A DNA stretch of 62,734 nt from Alphaproteobacteria bacterium (GTDB lineage Bacteria; Pseudomonadota; Alphaproteobacteria; RF32; CAG-239), in NCBI GenBank assembly GCA_017470585.1, contig JAFUYI010000002.1:1-62734 (forward strand). Direction: 5' to 3'. The position numbers and the translations under genes were made by a program. The notes below the pieces were generated by a model. That model was not told the DNA's origin. It saw nothing but the letters and a program-made list of their open reading frames with translations, and did not search any database. Position 1 is the first letter of the stretch, and each line of letters opens with the position of its first letter. Below are positions 48,480 to 57,072 of the stretch, piece by piece.

Positions 48480-49117
48480 AAATTATAATCCTCAAAAGTG
48501 CTGAAAACATTAAGTTTGCGGTTTAGAACATAAATATTGCCGTTTTTGTTTAAGCTCATATTTAAGGCATCAATTTCCTGCAAGAGAGCGGAAAATTCGC
48601 CGAGATACTCTATTTTGAACTGAATTTTGCCTTTCATCATTGCGACAATTGCCACTTCTTCAACATTTTTCATACGTTTGAGATTTTTTTCCAGTTCCAG
48701 CCACTCGCTCAACTCGGAATAATCAAACAAAACATCAATGGTGCCGGAGGGTAAATCATCGGTTAAGCCTTTTTCCTGCAGATATTGCCGCAAAATATCA
48801 TCGCGGATGGTAACTTTAAGCGTGGCAATATAGCGGACATCGGAGGATTTTTCATCCAAAACCAAAACATCTTTGATGAAATAAAGAATCTGCTCGTCGC
48901 TTAAAGAGGATAAAAGTTCCAAACCCGCCTCCTTGGTAAAATCGGGTGCAAGCTCATTGACGGCTTGGCGGTTGGCTTGCGCCATAGCTTTTTCCTTGGC
49001 AACGGCGGCAGATTGTGCGGTTACATCAACATTGATTGTTTTGGCATATCCGTCGGCAGCGGCCGGAAGGCTCCAAAGGCAACATACGCACAACAGCAAA
49101 CAGAAGTATTTCATCAT
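48476..49117 (-). CDS. Exported hypothetical protein (DUF2066-like)
   Basis: Signal peptide, VDVTAQSAAVAKEKAM, EKSSDVRYIATL; coupled to the AI-2E gene. Confidence 0.6.
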   Translation of the reverse strand: MMKYFCLLLCVCCLWSLPAAADGYAKTINVDVTAQSAAVAKEKAMAQANRQAVNELAPDFTKEAGLELLSSLSDEQILYFIKDVLVLDEKSSDVRYIATLKVTIRDDILRQYLQEKGLTDDLPSGTIDVLFDYSELSEWLELEKNLKRMKNVEEVAIVAMMKGKIQFKIEYLGEFSALLQEIDALNMSLNKNGNIYVLNRKLNVFSTFEDYNL

Positions 49118-49249
49118 CAAAATTCCTTGTTAAACGCAATTTTTTTGGGATATTAACCTAAATAATCACAAATTGCAAAAGTTTTTATAGACTTTTTTTA
49201 TAAATCGGTGTTTATTAGCCCCAGTTAAATTTATATAAAGGAATATCCG

Positions 49250-50251
49250 ATGCAACAAACAGCTTTTATACAAGGACTTATTGCCAAAGCGCAGAAAAAC
49301 ATCAAGACCATCGTTTTACCCGAGGGAGAGGATGTGCGTGTGCTTGAAGCCGCATACGAAGTAGCAAAATTGCAATTTGCCCGTCCCATAATTCTCGGCG
49401 ATGAAGCAAAAATCAAGACCTGTTTCGCCGAAAAAGGTTGGAGCCTGCAGGGAATTGAAATTATCACTCCCGAAAAATCCCCAAAATTGCAGCAATACGC
49501 CGATATGTTTTATGAAATGCGCAAAGAAAAGGGCGTATCAAAAGAAGATGCCCTAAAGCAAATGTCAAATTATAACTACTTCGGTACAATGATGATAAAA
49601 TCTCATGATGCCGACGGTATGGTTTCGGGTGCCGCTCACTCTACCGCCGACACGGTAAGACCGGCTTTGCAAATTATCAAATCCAAGAAAAAAGGCCGTT
49701 CGGTGTCCTCGGCTTTCATCATTGTTTCCGATAATGTGCCGTATGTATTTTCCGATTGCGCGATTATTATCGACCCCAGCGCGCAGGAATTGGCAGATAT
49801 TGCCGTTGACGCGGCGCAGACCGCAATTCAATTTGACATTGAACCCAATGTTGCCATGCTTTCTTTTTCCACCAAAGGTTCGGCCAAGCATGAAAAAATT
49901 GACAAGGTAGTTGAGGCAACCAAGCTTGCCAAACAGCAGTTGGAATCGGAAGAATACAAGAACTCGGGCATTAAATTGGACGGCGAATTGCAGCTTGATG
50001 CCGCGGTTGACAGCGTTGTTGCCGCCAAAAAAGCCCCGAACAGCGAAATTGCCGGCAAGGCAAGAGTTTTGATTTTCCCCGATATTAACGCCGGGAACAT
50101 AGGCTATAAATTATGCCAACGCATCGGCGGTGCCGAAGCCTACGGTCCTTTCCTGCAGGGACTTAATGCACCGGTAAATGATTTATCACGCGGTGCCAAT
50201 GCGCAAGACATCGTAGGTATGGTCGCCATTACCTGTTTGCAAGCTCAATAA
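49250..50251 (+). CDS. pta: Phosphate acetyltransferase
   Basis: IVLPEGED, DGELQLDAA, GNIGYK, PVNDLSRG. Confidence 0.96.
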   Translation: MQQTAFIQGLIAKAQKNIKTIVLPEGEDVRVLEAAYEVAKLQFARPIILGDEAKIKTCFAEKGWSLQGIEIITPEKSPKLQQYADMFYEMRKEKGVSKEDALKQMSNYNYFGTMMIKSHDADGMVSGAAHSTADTVRPALQIIKSKKKGRSVSSAFIIVSDNVPYVFSDCAIIIDPSAQELADIAVDAAQTAIQFDIEPNVAMLSFSTKGSAKHEKIDKVVEATKLAKQQLESEEYKNSGIKLDGELQLDAAVDSVVAAKKAPNSEIAGKARVLIFPDINAGNIGYKLCQRIGGAEAYGPFLQGLNAPVNDLSRGANAQDIVGMVAITCLQAQ

Positions 50252-50271
50252 TTTAAATTAAGGAAAAATCA

Positions 50272-51456
50272 ATGGATAAAATTTTAATCTTAAACTCCGG
50301 CTCGTCATCTTTGAAATATCAGCTTTTTAATGTTGACGGCGATAAATATGAAGTGGTTGCCAAGGGTTTGGCAGAGCGAATCGGCATTAAAGGTTCTTTT
50401 GTCAGCATTAAAATCGGTGACGGGGAAAAGGTTATCAAAGAAACGGAACTTCCCACTCATGAAGAGGCAATAAGAGAAGTTTTTGCATTGCTTCTCCAAG
50501 GGCCCTTAAAGAGCCTTGATGAGCTTTCAGGTGTCGGGCATCGTGTCGTTCACGGCGGAGAGTATTTTGACCGCACGGTTTTGATTGATGATGAGGTTAT
50601 TGCCCGCATTGAAGAACTTTGCACTTTGGCACCTCTGCACAATCCCGCGGCTCTGCTCGGTATTCAAGCTATACGCCATTTGCTCCCGAATGTTCCCCAG
50701 ACGGCAGCTTTTGATACCGCTTTTCATCAGACCATGGAGCCGGAGGCTTATATGTATGCCCTGCCTAAAGAACAATATCAGCAGTATAAAATCCGCCGTT
50801 ACGGTGCGCACGGAACCTCGCATTTATATGTTTCGCGCGAAGCCAACAGATTGATCGGCAATCCTGAACACTCCAAAATTATTACCTGCCATATCGGCAA
50901 CGGTGCCTCCATTTCGGCGGTAAAAGACGGCAAGTGCATTGATACTTCCATGGGCTTTACCCCTTTGGCCGGTGTGGTAATGGGAACACGTTGCGGTGAT
51001 ATTGATCCGTTTATTCCGCTCTATATTATGAAAACTCAAGATAAGACGGTTGCCGAAGTTGACAATCTCTTGAACAAACAGTCGGGAATGTTCGGTCTTT
51101 GCGGATATTCCGACAACCGCGATGTGGAAACCCGCTATTTTGAGGGTGATGAGGAATGTATAACCGCAATGAAGGTTTATTCTTACAGCATTGTCAAATA
51201 TATCGGTGCTTATACTGCATCAATGGGCGGTGTGGATGCGATTGTCTTTACCGGCGGGGTCGGTGAAAACGGCGGCGAGGTAAGAAAACTGGTCTGCGAT
51301 CGCTTGGCATATATGGGAATTGAACTTGATTCGGAAGCAAATAAAGTCCGCGGAAAAACCATCGAGATTTCCAAACCCGGTTCTAAGGTCAGAGTATTTA
51401 TTATTCCGACCGATGAAGAATTGGTTATTGCCCAAGATACTAAAAAATTGCTTTAA
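50272..51456 (+). CDS. ackA: Acetate kinase
   Basis: LNSGSSSLKY, GHRVVHGG, LAPLHNP, FDTAFH, FTGGVGEN. Confidence 0.97.
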   Translation: MDKILILNSGSSSLKYQLFNVDGDKYEVVAKGLAERIGIKGSFVSIKIGDGEKVIKETELPTHEEAIREVFALLLQGPLKSLDELSGVGHRVVHGGEYFDRTVLIDDEVIARIEELCTLAPLHNPAALLGIQAIRHLLPNVPQTAAFDTAFHQTMEPEAYMYALPKEQYQQYKIRRYGAHGTSHLYVSREANRLIGNPEHSKIITCHIGNGASISAVKDGKCIDTSMGFTPLAGVVMGTRCGDIDPFIPLYIMKTQDKTVAEVDNLLNKQSGMFGLCGYSDNRDVETRYFEGDEECITAMKVYSYSIVKYIGAYTASMGGVDAIVFTGGVGENGGEVRKLVCDRLAYMGIELDSEANKVRGKTIEISKPGSKVRVFIIPTDEELVIAQDTKKLL

Positions 51457-51512
51457 TATTTTTTATAAATCGAAAAGACAAGGGCGGGGGCAAAGCTTCC
51501 CGCCCGTGTTTT

Positions 51513-52034
51513 TTATTGAATGTATTCTATAACAATATTTTGGCCAAACTCTCCCGATTGCGGTATGGCAGTATTATCCCATGAAATGGAATTATACTGA
51601 AATTTGAATTTATTGTCCGAATCATAAATTATATAGGGACGCTCCATTATTGTATTTCCAAGTTGTATGTTAGGAGCCCTAAAGCAAGGATGATCAATGC
51701 CTGAATCAGCATTGAATGCTATACCATCAACCTTGCACCAATCGAGGACATTGGCGGTAAAAGTACCGATGGAAAATCCGCTGTATGATGTTATGTTGCC
51801 GGTTTTAGATGACATTCCCGAACCATCAGTTGCAAATTCTATTACTCCACCTTGTGACCAATCAGCACCGGGGTTGACGGTAATTGATCCCATATTTAAG
51901 TTGTGAGTTACGGTTAAACTGACATCATGAGTTACCGTCACGGAAACATTCATTGTATCGGAGTTGGCAGCGTACGCGGCATAAGAGCCTAGAACGACTC
52001 CGGCAACAGCGGTCAATAAAATATATTTATTCAT
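51513..52034 (-). CDS. Secreted pilin-like protein, copy 12 (diverged type A)
   Basis: MNKYILL, SDTMNVSVTVTHDVSLTVT, FTANV, HPCF; start trimmed to 52034. Confidence 0.7.
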   Translation of the reverse strand: MNKYILLTAVAGVVLGSYAAYAANSDTMNVSVTVTHDVSLTVTHNLNMGSITVNPGADWSQGGVIEFATDGSGMSSKTGNITSYSGFSIGTFTANVLDWCKVDGIAFNADSGIDHPCFRAPNIQLGNTIMERPYIIYDSDNKFKFQYNSISWDNTAIPQSGEFGQNIVIEYIQ

Positions 52035-52286
52035 ATCTAAACTTCCTTTTTTTATTAAAGTTATAAAAAACCACCTGTTGGGTAAAATCCCGCGAGGTGG
52101 TCGGAAGTTAGCAACTATCATTCAAATAGTGCAGAGTATTCTTTATATTTCCCTGCCTTCCAACCAAAAAAGATCGGATATACCAAATAACGTTTCGGTT
52201 AAAACGTGAATGAGAGGTTGCTACACCTCAAAACGGCTTTTTATTCGTTTCAAAGTCACCATAGCATACTTTTTATTCCGAATCAA
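52035..52286 (-). ncRNA. Promoter plus structured leader, copy 12
   Basis: TTGATT-N17-TATGGT; TAGCAAC/GTTGCTA and TCATTCA/TGAATGA. Confidence 0.85.
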
Positions 52287-52582
52287 GCAAAAAAATTAAA
52301 AAAAACATCCCTTAAAAAAAAGGAAAATAAAAGGCGAATCGAAGAGCGGTTTTTATCTTCTTTTCCGCATATTTTTCTAATAAATACTATATCCTTGTTT
52401 TCTCAAAATTAAAAAAATTTATCCACCTGTGCATATTTTTTTAAATCGCCTTTTTATAAACACATAGCCGAGTTGAGAATAAAATTTCATTTTTGCTACT
52501 TGGAAAAAAATTTTTGTTATTGCATTATAAAAATAATGATTGATTCGCAACAGCTTATAAAAATCAAAAAAAATTCTTGTGC

Positions 52583-52629
52583 ATACTACATATAGTCTAT
52601 TTACTTTTTGTTAATACCAAATATAGTAT
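52583..52629 (+). promoter_or_regulatory. Tandem NrdR boxes
   Basis: ATACTACATATAGTCT (52583) and ATACCAAATATAGTAT (52614), 31 bp apart, upstream of nrdD. Confidence 0.8.
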
Positions 52630-52677
52630 ATCAAACTTTAATTAAGCAACCATTTGAAAGAAGGAAAACAAAGCAAA

Positions 52678-54732
52678 ATGTCCAACCATGACTACGAGGC
52701 ATCAAAGGTAAAAGATAACGTTCAGATTACCAGCGTTACCAAAAGAGACGGAACCTTGGCTCCCTTTGACAGCGATAAAATTTTTAATGCGATTCGCAAG
52801 GCCGGAGAGGCAACTTCCGAGTTCGGCGAACAGGAATGCTATCTTTTGACCGGACAGGTTTTGAAAGTTTTGGCGCATAAATTCAGCGAATCCCTGCCGT
52901 CAATTGAAAATATTCAGGATGTTGTGGAACAGGTTTTGATTTCCGCCAACTATTTTGCCACCGCCAAGTCTTATATTTTATATCGTGATCAGCGTTCACG
53001 CGCAAGAGCCGATAAAAAAGTTGTGGTTGATGTTGAAAGTTCAATCAACGAATATCTGGAAAGACTTGATTGGCGCGTTAATGCCAATGCCAACCAAGGA
53101 TATTCCAACGGCGGCTTAATCTTGAACGTATCGGGCAAAGTTACCGCCAATTATTGGTTGAGCCATGTTTATCCCGCCAATGTCGGTGAAGCACACCGCA
53201 ACGGCGATATTCATATTCACGATTTGGATATGCTGGCGGCATATTGCGCCGGATGGTCGTTGAAAAATCTGCTTCACGAAGGATTTAACGGAGTTCCCGG
53301 CAAAGCCGAAGCCGGTCCTGCCAAACATTTATCCGCCGCAGTCGGACAGATGGTTAACTTTATGGGAACACTCCAAAACGAATGGGCGGGCGCACAGGCT
53401 TTTTCTTCGGTTGACACCTATTTGGCACCTTACATCCGCAAGGATAATCTTTCTTATGAACAGGTTGAACAGTGTTTTCAAGAGTTGATTTATAACTTGA
53501 ATGTTCCCTCGCGCTGGGGTTCGCAGACACCGTTTACCAACTTTACTTTCGATTGGGTATGCCCCGATGATTTGAAGGATAAGCACCCGTTGATTGCAGG
53601 TGAGGAGCAGCCCTTTACCTATGGCGATTTGAAACCGGAAATGGATATGATTAACAAGGCTTATATCACGGTAATGATGAAAGGTGATATTAAAGGCCGT
53701 CCGTTTACTTTCCCGATTCCCACCTATAATATGACACCCGATTTCCCGTGGGAAGACGAAAACACCGAGTTACTATTCGAAATGACCGCCAAATACGGAC
53801 TTCCTTATTTCCAAAACTTTATCAACTCCGTTTTGAAACCGGGACAGATTCGTTCAATGTGCTGCCGTTTGCAACTCGATTTGCGTGAGCTTTTAGCCAA
53901 AGGCAACGGACTTTTCGGTTCGGCGGAACAGACCGGTTCCATCGGTGTTGTTACCTTTAACTGCGCACGTTTGGGATATGTTTATAAAGATAATGAAACA
54001 GGTCTTTTTGCCCGTGTTGATGAGTTGATGAATATTGCCCGCACCTCGCTTGAGATTAAACGCAAGCTCATCCAACGTTTAATTGATAACGGACTGTTTC
54101 CGTTTACCAAACGTTATTTGGGAACGCTTCGCAACCACTTTTCCACCATCGGCGTTAACGGTATTAACGAGATGATTGCCAATTATACCTCCGGCAAGCA
54201 CGATATTACCGACGGGTGGGGTATTGCTTTTGCCACCAAATTTTTGGATTATATCCGCGCGAAGCTTGTAAAAATTCAGGAAGAAACCGGACATATGTAT
54301 AATTTGGAGGCGACTCCCGCCGAGAGTGCGACCTATCGTTTTGCCCGTGAGGATAAAAAACGTTATCCCGGAATTATTCAGGCCGGAACGGTTGAGAATC
54401 CGTATTATACCAACTCTTCACAGCTTCCGGTCAGCTTTACCGATGATCCTTTCGAGGCTTTGGAACTGCAAGCCGATTTGCAGTCCAAATATACCGGCGG
54501 CACTGTTTTGCACCTTTATATGGGACAGCGTATATCTTCGGCAAAAGTTTGCCGCGATATTGTCAAAAAGGTTTTGACCAATTATCGCTTGCCCTATATT
54601 ACCATTACTCCGACTTTTTCCGTTTGCCCCAAGCACGGCTATATTTCCGGAGAACATAAATACTGCCCGATTTGCGATGAGGAAATTTTGGCGGAAAAAA
54701 GAAAAATTGCCGCTTCGGAAGAAGTTGCATAA
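52678..54732 (+). CDS. nrdD: Class III anaerobic ribonucleotide reductase, large part with ATP cone
   Basis: VTKRDG ATP cone, IHIHDL, RSMCCRL, EATPAE, YTGGTV, CPKHGY..CPIC; lacks the terminal glycyl-radical motif. Confidence 0.93.
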   Translation: MSNHDYEASKVKDNVQITSVTKRDGTLAPFDSDKIFNAIRKAGEATSEFGEQECYLLTGQVLKVLAHKFSESLPSIENIQDVVEQVLISANYFATAKSYILYRDQRSRARADKKVVVDVESSINEYLERLDWRVNANANQGYSNGGLILNVSGKVTANYWLSHVYPANVGEAHRNGDIHIHDLDMLAAYCAGWSLKNLLHEGFNGVPGKAEAGPAKHLSAAVGQMVNFMGTLQNEWAGAQAFSSVDTYLAPYIRKDNLSYEQVEQCFQELIYNLNVPSRWGSQTPFTNFTFDWVCPDDLKDKHPLIAGEEQPFTYGDLKPEMDMINKAYITVMMKGDIKGRPFTFPIPTYNMTPDFPWEDENTELLFEMTAKYGLPYFQNFINSVLKPGQIRSMCCRLQLDLRELLAKGNGLFGSAEQTGSIGVVTFNCARLGYVYKDNETGLFARVDELMNIARTSLEIKRKLIQRLIDNGLFPFTKRYLGTLRNHFSTIGVNGINEMIANYTSGKHDITDGWGIAFATKFLDYIRAKLVKIQEETGHMYNLEATPAESATYRFAREDKKRYPGIIQAGTVENPYYTNSSQLPVSFTDDPFEALELQADLQSKYTGGTVLHLYMGQRISSAKVCRDIVKKVLTNYRLPYITITPTFSVCPKHGYISGEHKYCPICDEEILAEKRKIAASEEVA

Positions 54733-54774
54733 TGAATAATAATGTGTTATAATGAATTTATAAGGAGAAAAAAT

Positions 54775-54987
54775 ATGAAAGTTATCAACATCGAAGACAT
54801 CAAATTGAATGACGCCGAGAGACAGCCTTGCGAGGTTTGGACACGCGTTATGGGCTATCTGCGTCCTGTCTCCGAGTTCAATAAAGGCAAAAAATCGGAG
54901 TTTTATACCCGTAAATATTTTGCCGAAGATAAAGCTCAAGCGGTTTTGGATTGCGGATGCAGCCGAATCGACGTTGCCGCCGAGTAG
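54775..54987 (+). CDS. Separately encoded NrdD glycyl-radical domain
   Basis: CEVWTRVMGYLRPVSEFNKGKKSEF; own AAGGAG RBS. Confidence 0.88.
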   Translation: MKVINIEDIKLNDAERQPCEVWTRVMGYLRPVSEFNKGKKSEFYTRKYFAEDKAQAVLDCGCSRIDVAAE

Positions 54988-54990
54988 TTT

Positions 54991-55704
54991 ATGGAAAAGG
55001 ATTTTATTAAAGTCGGCGGTGTTGAAACTTTCAGCACCGTCGATTTTCCTGATAAAATAGCCGCGGTAATATTTATGCAGGGCTGTCCGTGGCGATGCCC
55101 TTTCTGTCATAATGCGGTTTTGCAGGATACAGATTGCGACAGCGGTTTTATATGGGAAAAATTTGTTGAATTTTTGCAAACGCGCCGCAAAATTTTGGAC
55201 GGGGTGGTTTTTTCAGGCGGTGAACCGCTCATGCAAAACGGTCTTGAAAGTGCAATCAGGGAAGTTAAGGATTTGGGCTTTCTTATCGGACTTCATACCG
55301 GAGGATACAGACCGCAGCACTTAAAAAAGGTTTTGCCGCTGATTGATTGGGTGGGGTTTGATATTAAAGCTCTCTTAGAGGAAAACAAATACGGCAGAGC
55401 TATCGGTTGTTTCTCGCAAACATACCTGATGAAAGTGCGCGAATCGCTGCAAATTCTGCTTGAAAGCGGGGTTGATTTTGAATGCCGCACAACCTGCGAT
55501 CCAAGAATTTTGTCCATAAAGGACATTAAAGACATTGCAGAAGAGCTGTCGCGAATCGGGGTAAAAAAATATTTCCTGCAGAAATACCGCCCGGTTGAAA
55601 GCGATAAAACAACGAGTGATTGCGATTGTGAACAGTTTTTTTGCGATAAAAATTTAATCGCCGCGCTGAAGGCACAATTTGAGGTGTTTGATATTCGCAA
55701 ATAA
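54991..55704 (+). CDS. nrdG: Anaerobic RNR activating enzyme (radical SAM)
   Basis: STVDFP, GCPWRCPFCHN, FSGGEP. Confidence 0.9.
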   Translation: MEKDFIKVGGVETFSTVDFPDKIAAVIFMQGCPWRCPFCHNAVLQDTDCDSGFIWEKFVEFLQTRRKILDGVVFSGGEPLMQNGLESAIREVKDLGFLIGLHTGGYRPQHLKKVLPLIDWVGFDIKALLEENKYGRAIGCFSQTYLMKVRESLQILLESGVDFECRTTCDPRILSIKDIKDIAEELSRIGVKKYFLQKYRPVESDKTTSDCDCEQFFCDKNLIAALKAQFEVFDIRK

Positions 55705-55779
55705 TTTAAACAAAAAACTGGACAAAATATTTTTTTCGTGCTAATATGAGTTCGTAAAGCAGGTTTCAGGGAGGAAAAA

Positions 55780-56943
55780 ATGGAAGAAACAGCACAGCAA
55801 GAGCAAAAACAAAAAATTGCTTCTGCCGGTTTCAGCGAAGAATTTTTGCGCAGCCGCGGATTGGATGCCGACAGTGAAGTAACTGCCGGAGAGCTTGAAA
55901 AATTGAAAAAAGAAGCCGAAGAATTTGCCGCAGCTCCTAAAGACGAATCCGCCAACGGAGTAAAGGATGGCGAATCCTTGGAAAAAAGCGAAGAGAGTCC
56001 CGTTGCTGGAGGTGAACCGCAACAGGAAAATTCTGATATTGAGGTTGGTGAAAACAATACTCCGGCTGCCGAAGAAGTAACTCTGGTGGCAAAAGACCAC
56101 GATCCGGAATGGGTGCAGAAATATGATGCCATTATGCGGGATTATACCGCAGACAGCGAGGAAAAATGGGAACGCGAAACCGTTGATGAAAACGGGGAGA
56201 AAATTGAGGGCTTAAAAGGGCGAATCGGTGCGGCGCAATTTTATTTTTCCGCCGAGGATAAAGCCAAAGTGAGCATTGAGGGAATTGATGCGATTGCCAA
56301 TCTGGCTGCCAAAACCGAACAGGAAATTGCCTTTAATGAAAATTGGAGCGAAGAATTTAAGGCTAAAATGATTGAGGCCTGCGAAAAATACGGCGTAACG
56401 ATTCAAGGTCTGGAAAATGAGCCGCAGCAGGCGCAAGAGGATGTCCGAGAAAATCCGCAGGAAAGCATTGAATCACCAGAATCTACACCGCAGGAAGAAC
56501 ATTTGATTCAATGCGGCAATGCCCATACGACAGAATTCGGATTTAAAAAGTATGCCCGCGAAGCCGCTGCCGATCAAGAAGGTTTTGCCCAAAAAATTGC
56601 CGATATTGAAGCTCAAGGCGTTCACGTCGGGGATAACAGTTTGGATGCCGCACATTTAACCATGCGCAAATATATTTTGTCCAAACAAGAGGGCAAAACC
56701 GATGAAACGGCCGATCTCGGAGAGGCTTTAAAAAGATACGGCGTAGCCTCGGTTACATTTGAACCGGAGGGCAACTCGGAGGCGCAATGCAAGGTTGAAA
56801 TCAAGGATTACCGCCAATATACGGATGAAGAAAAATCCCAAGTTAATGCGGCAATAGAAAAATTCCGTCCGCAGTCGCGTTCGGAAAACTCTCCGGAGCT
56901 TGTCCGCCAAGCGATTGGTGCTTCTCGACCGGAAGGCCGTTAA
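55780..56943 (+). CDS. Acidic low-complexity hypothetical protein
   Basis: GGAGG RBS; Glu/Gln-rich; shares a domain with the next gene. Confidence 0.75.
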   Translation: MEETAQQEQKQKIASAGFSEEFLRSRGLDADSEVTAGELEKLKKEAEEFAAAPKDESANGVKDGESLEKSEESPVAGGEPQQENSDIEVGENNTPAAEEVTLVAKDHDPEWVQKYDAIMRDYTADSEEKWERETVDENGEKIEGLKGRIGAAQFYFSAEDKAKVSIEGIDAIANLAAKTEQEIAFNENWSEEFKAKMIEACEKYGVTIQGLENEPQQAQEDVRENPQESIESPESTPQEEHLIQCGNAHTTEFGFKKYAREAAADQEGFAQKIADIEAQGVHVGDNSLDAAHLTMRKYILSKQEGKTDETADLGEALKRYGVASVTFEPEGNSEAQCKVEIKDYRQYTDEEKSQVNAAIEKFRPQSRSENSPELVRQAIGASRPEGR

Positions 56944-57072
56944 ACTAAATTTTAAGTCCTATTATTAAAAAAATGTAAAAATAATGAAAATTTGACAAAA
57001 AAGTACTTGCCAAAACATATTTTTTGTGATAAAGTGCTTGCAAAAATAAGGTTTTAGATAGGAGACAAAACA

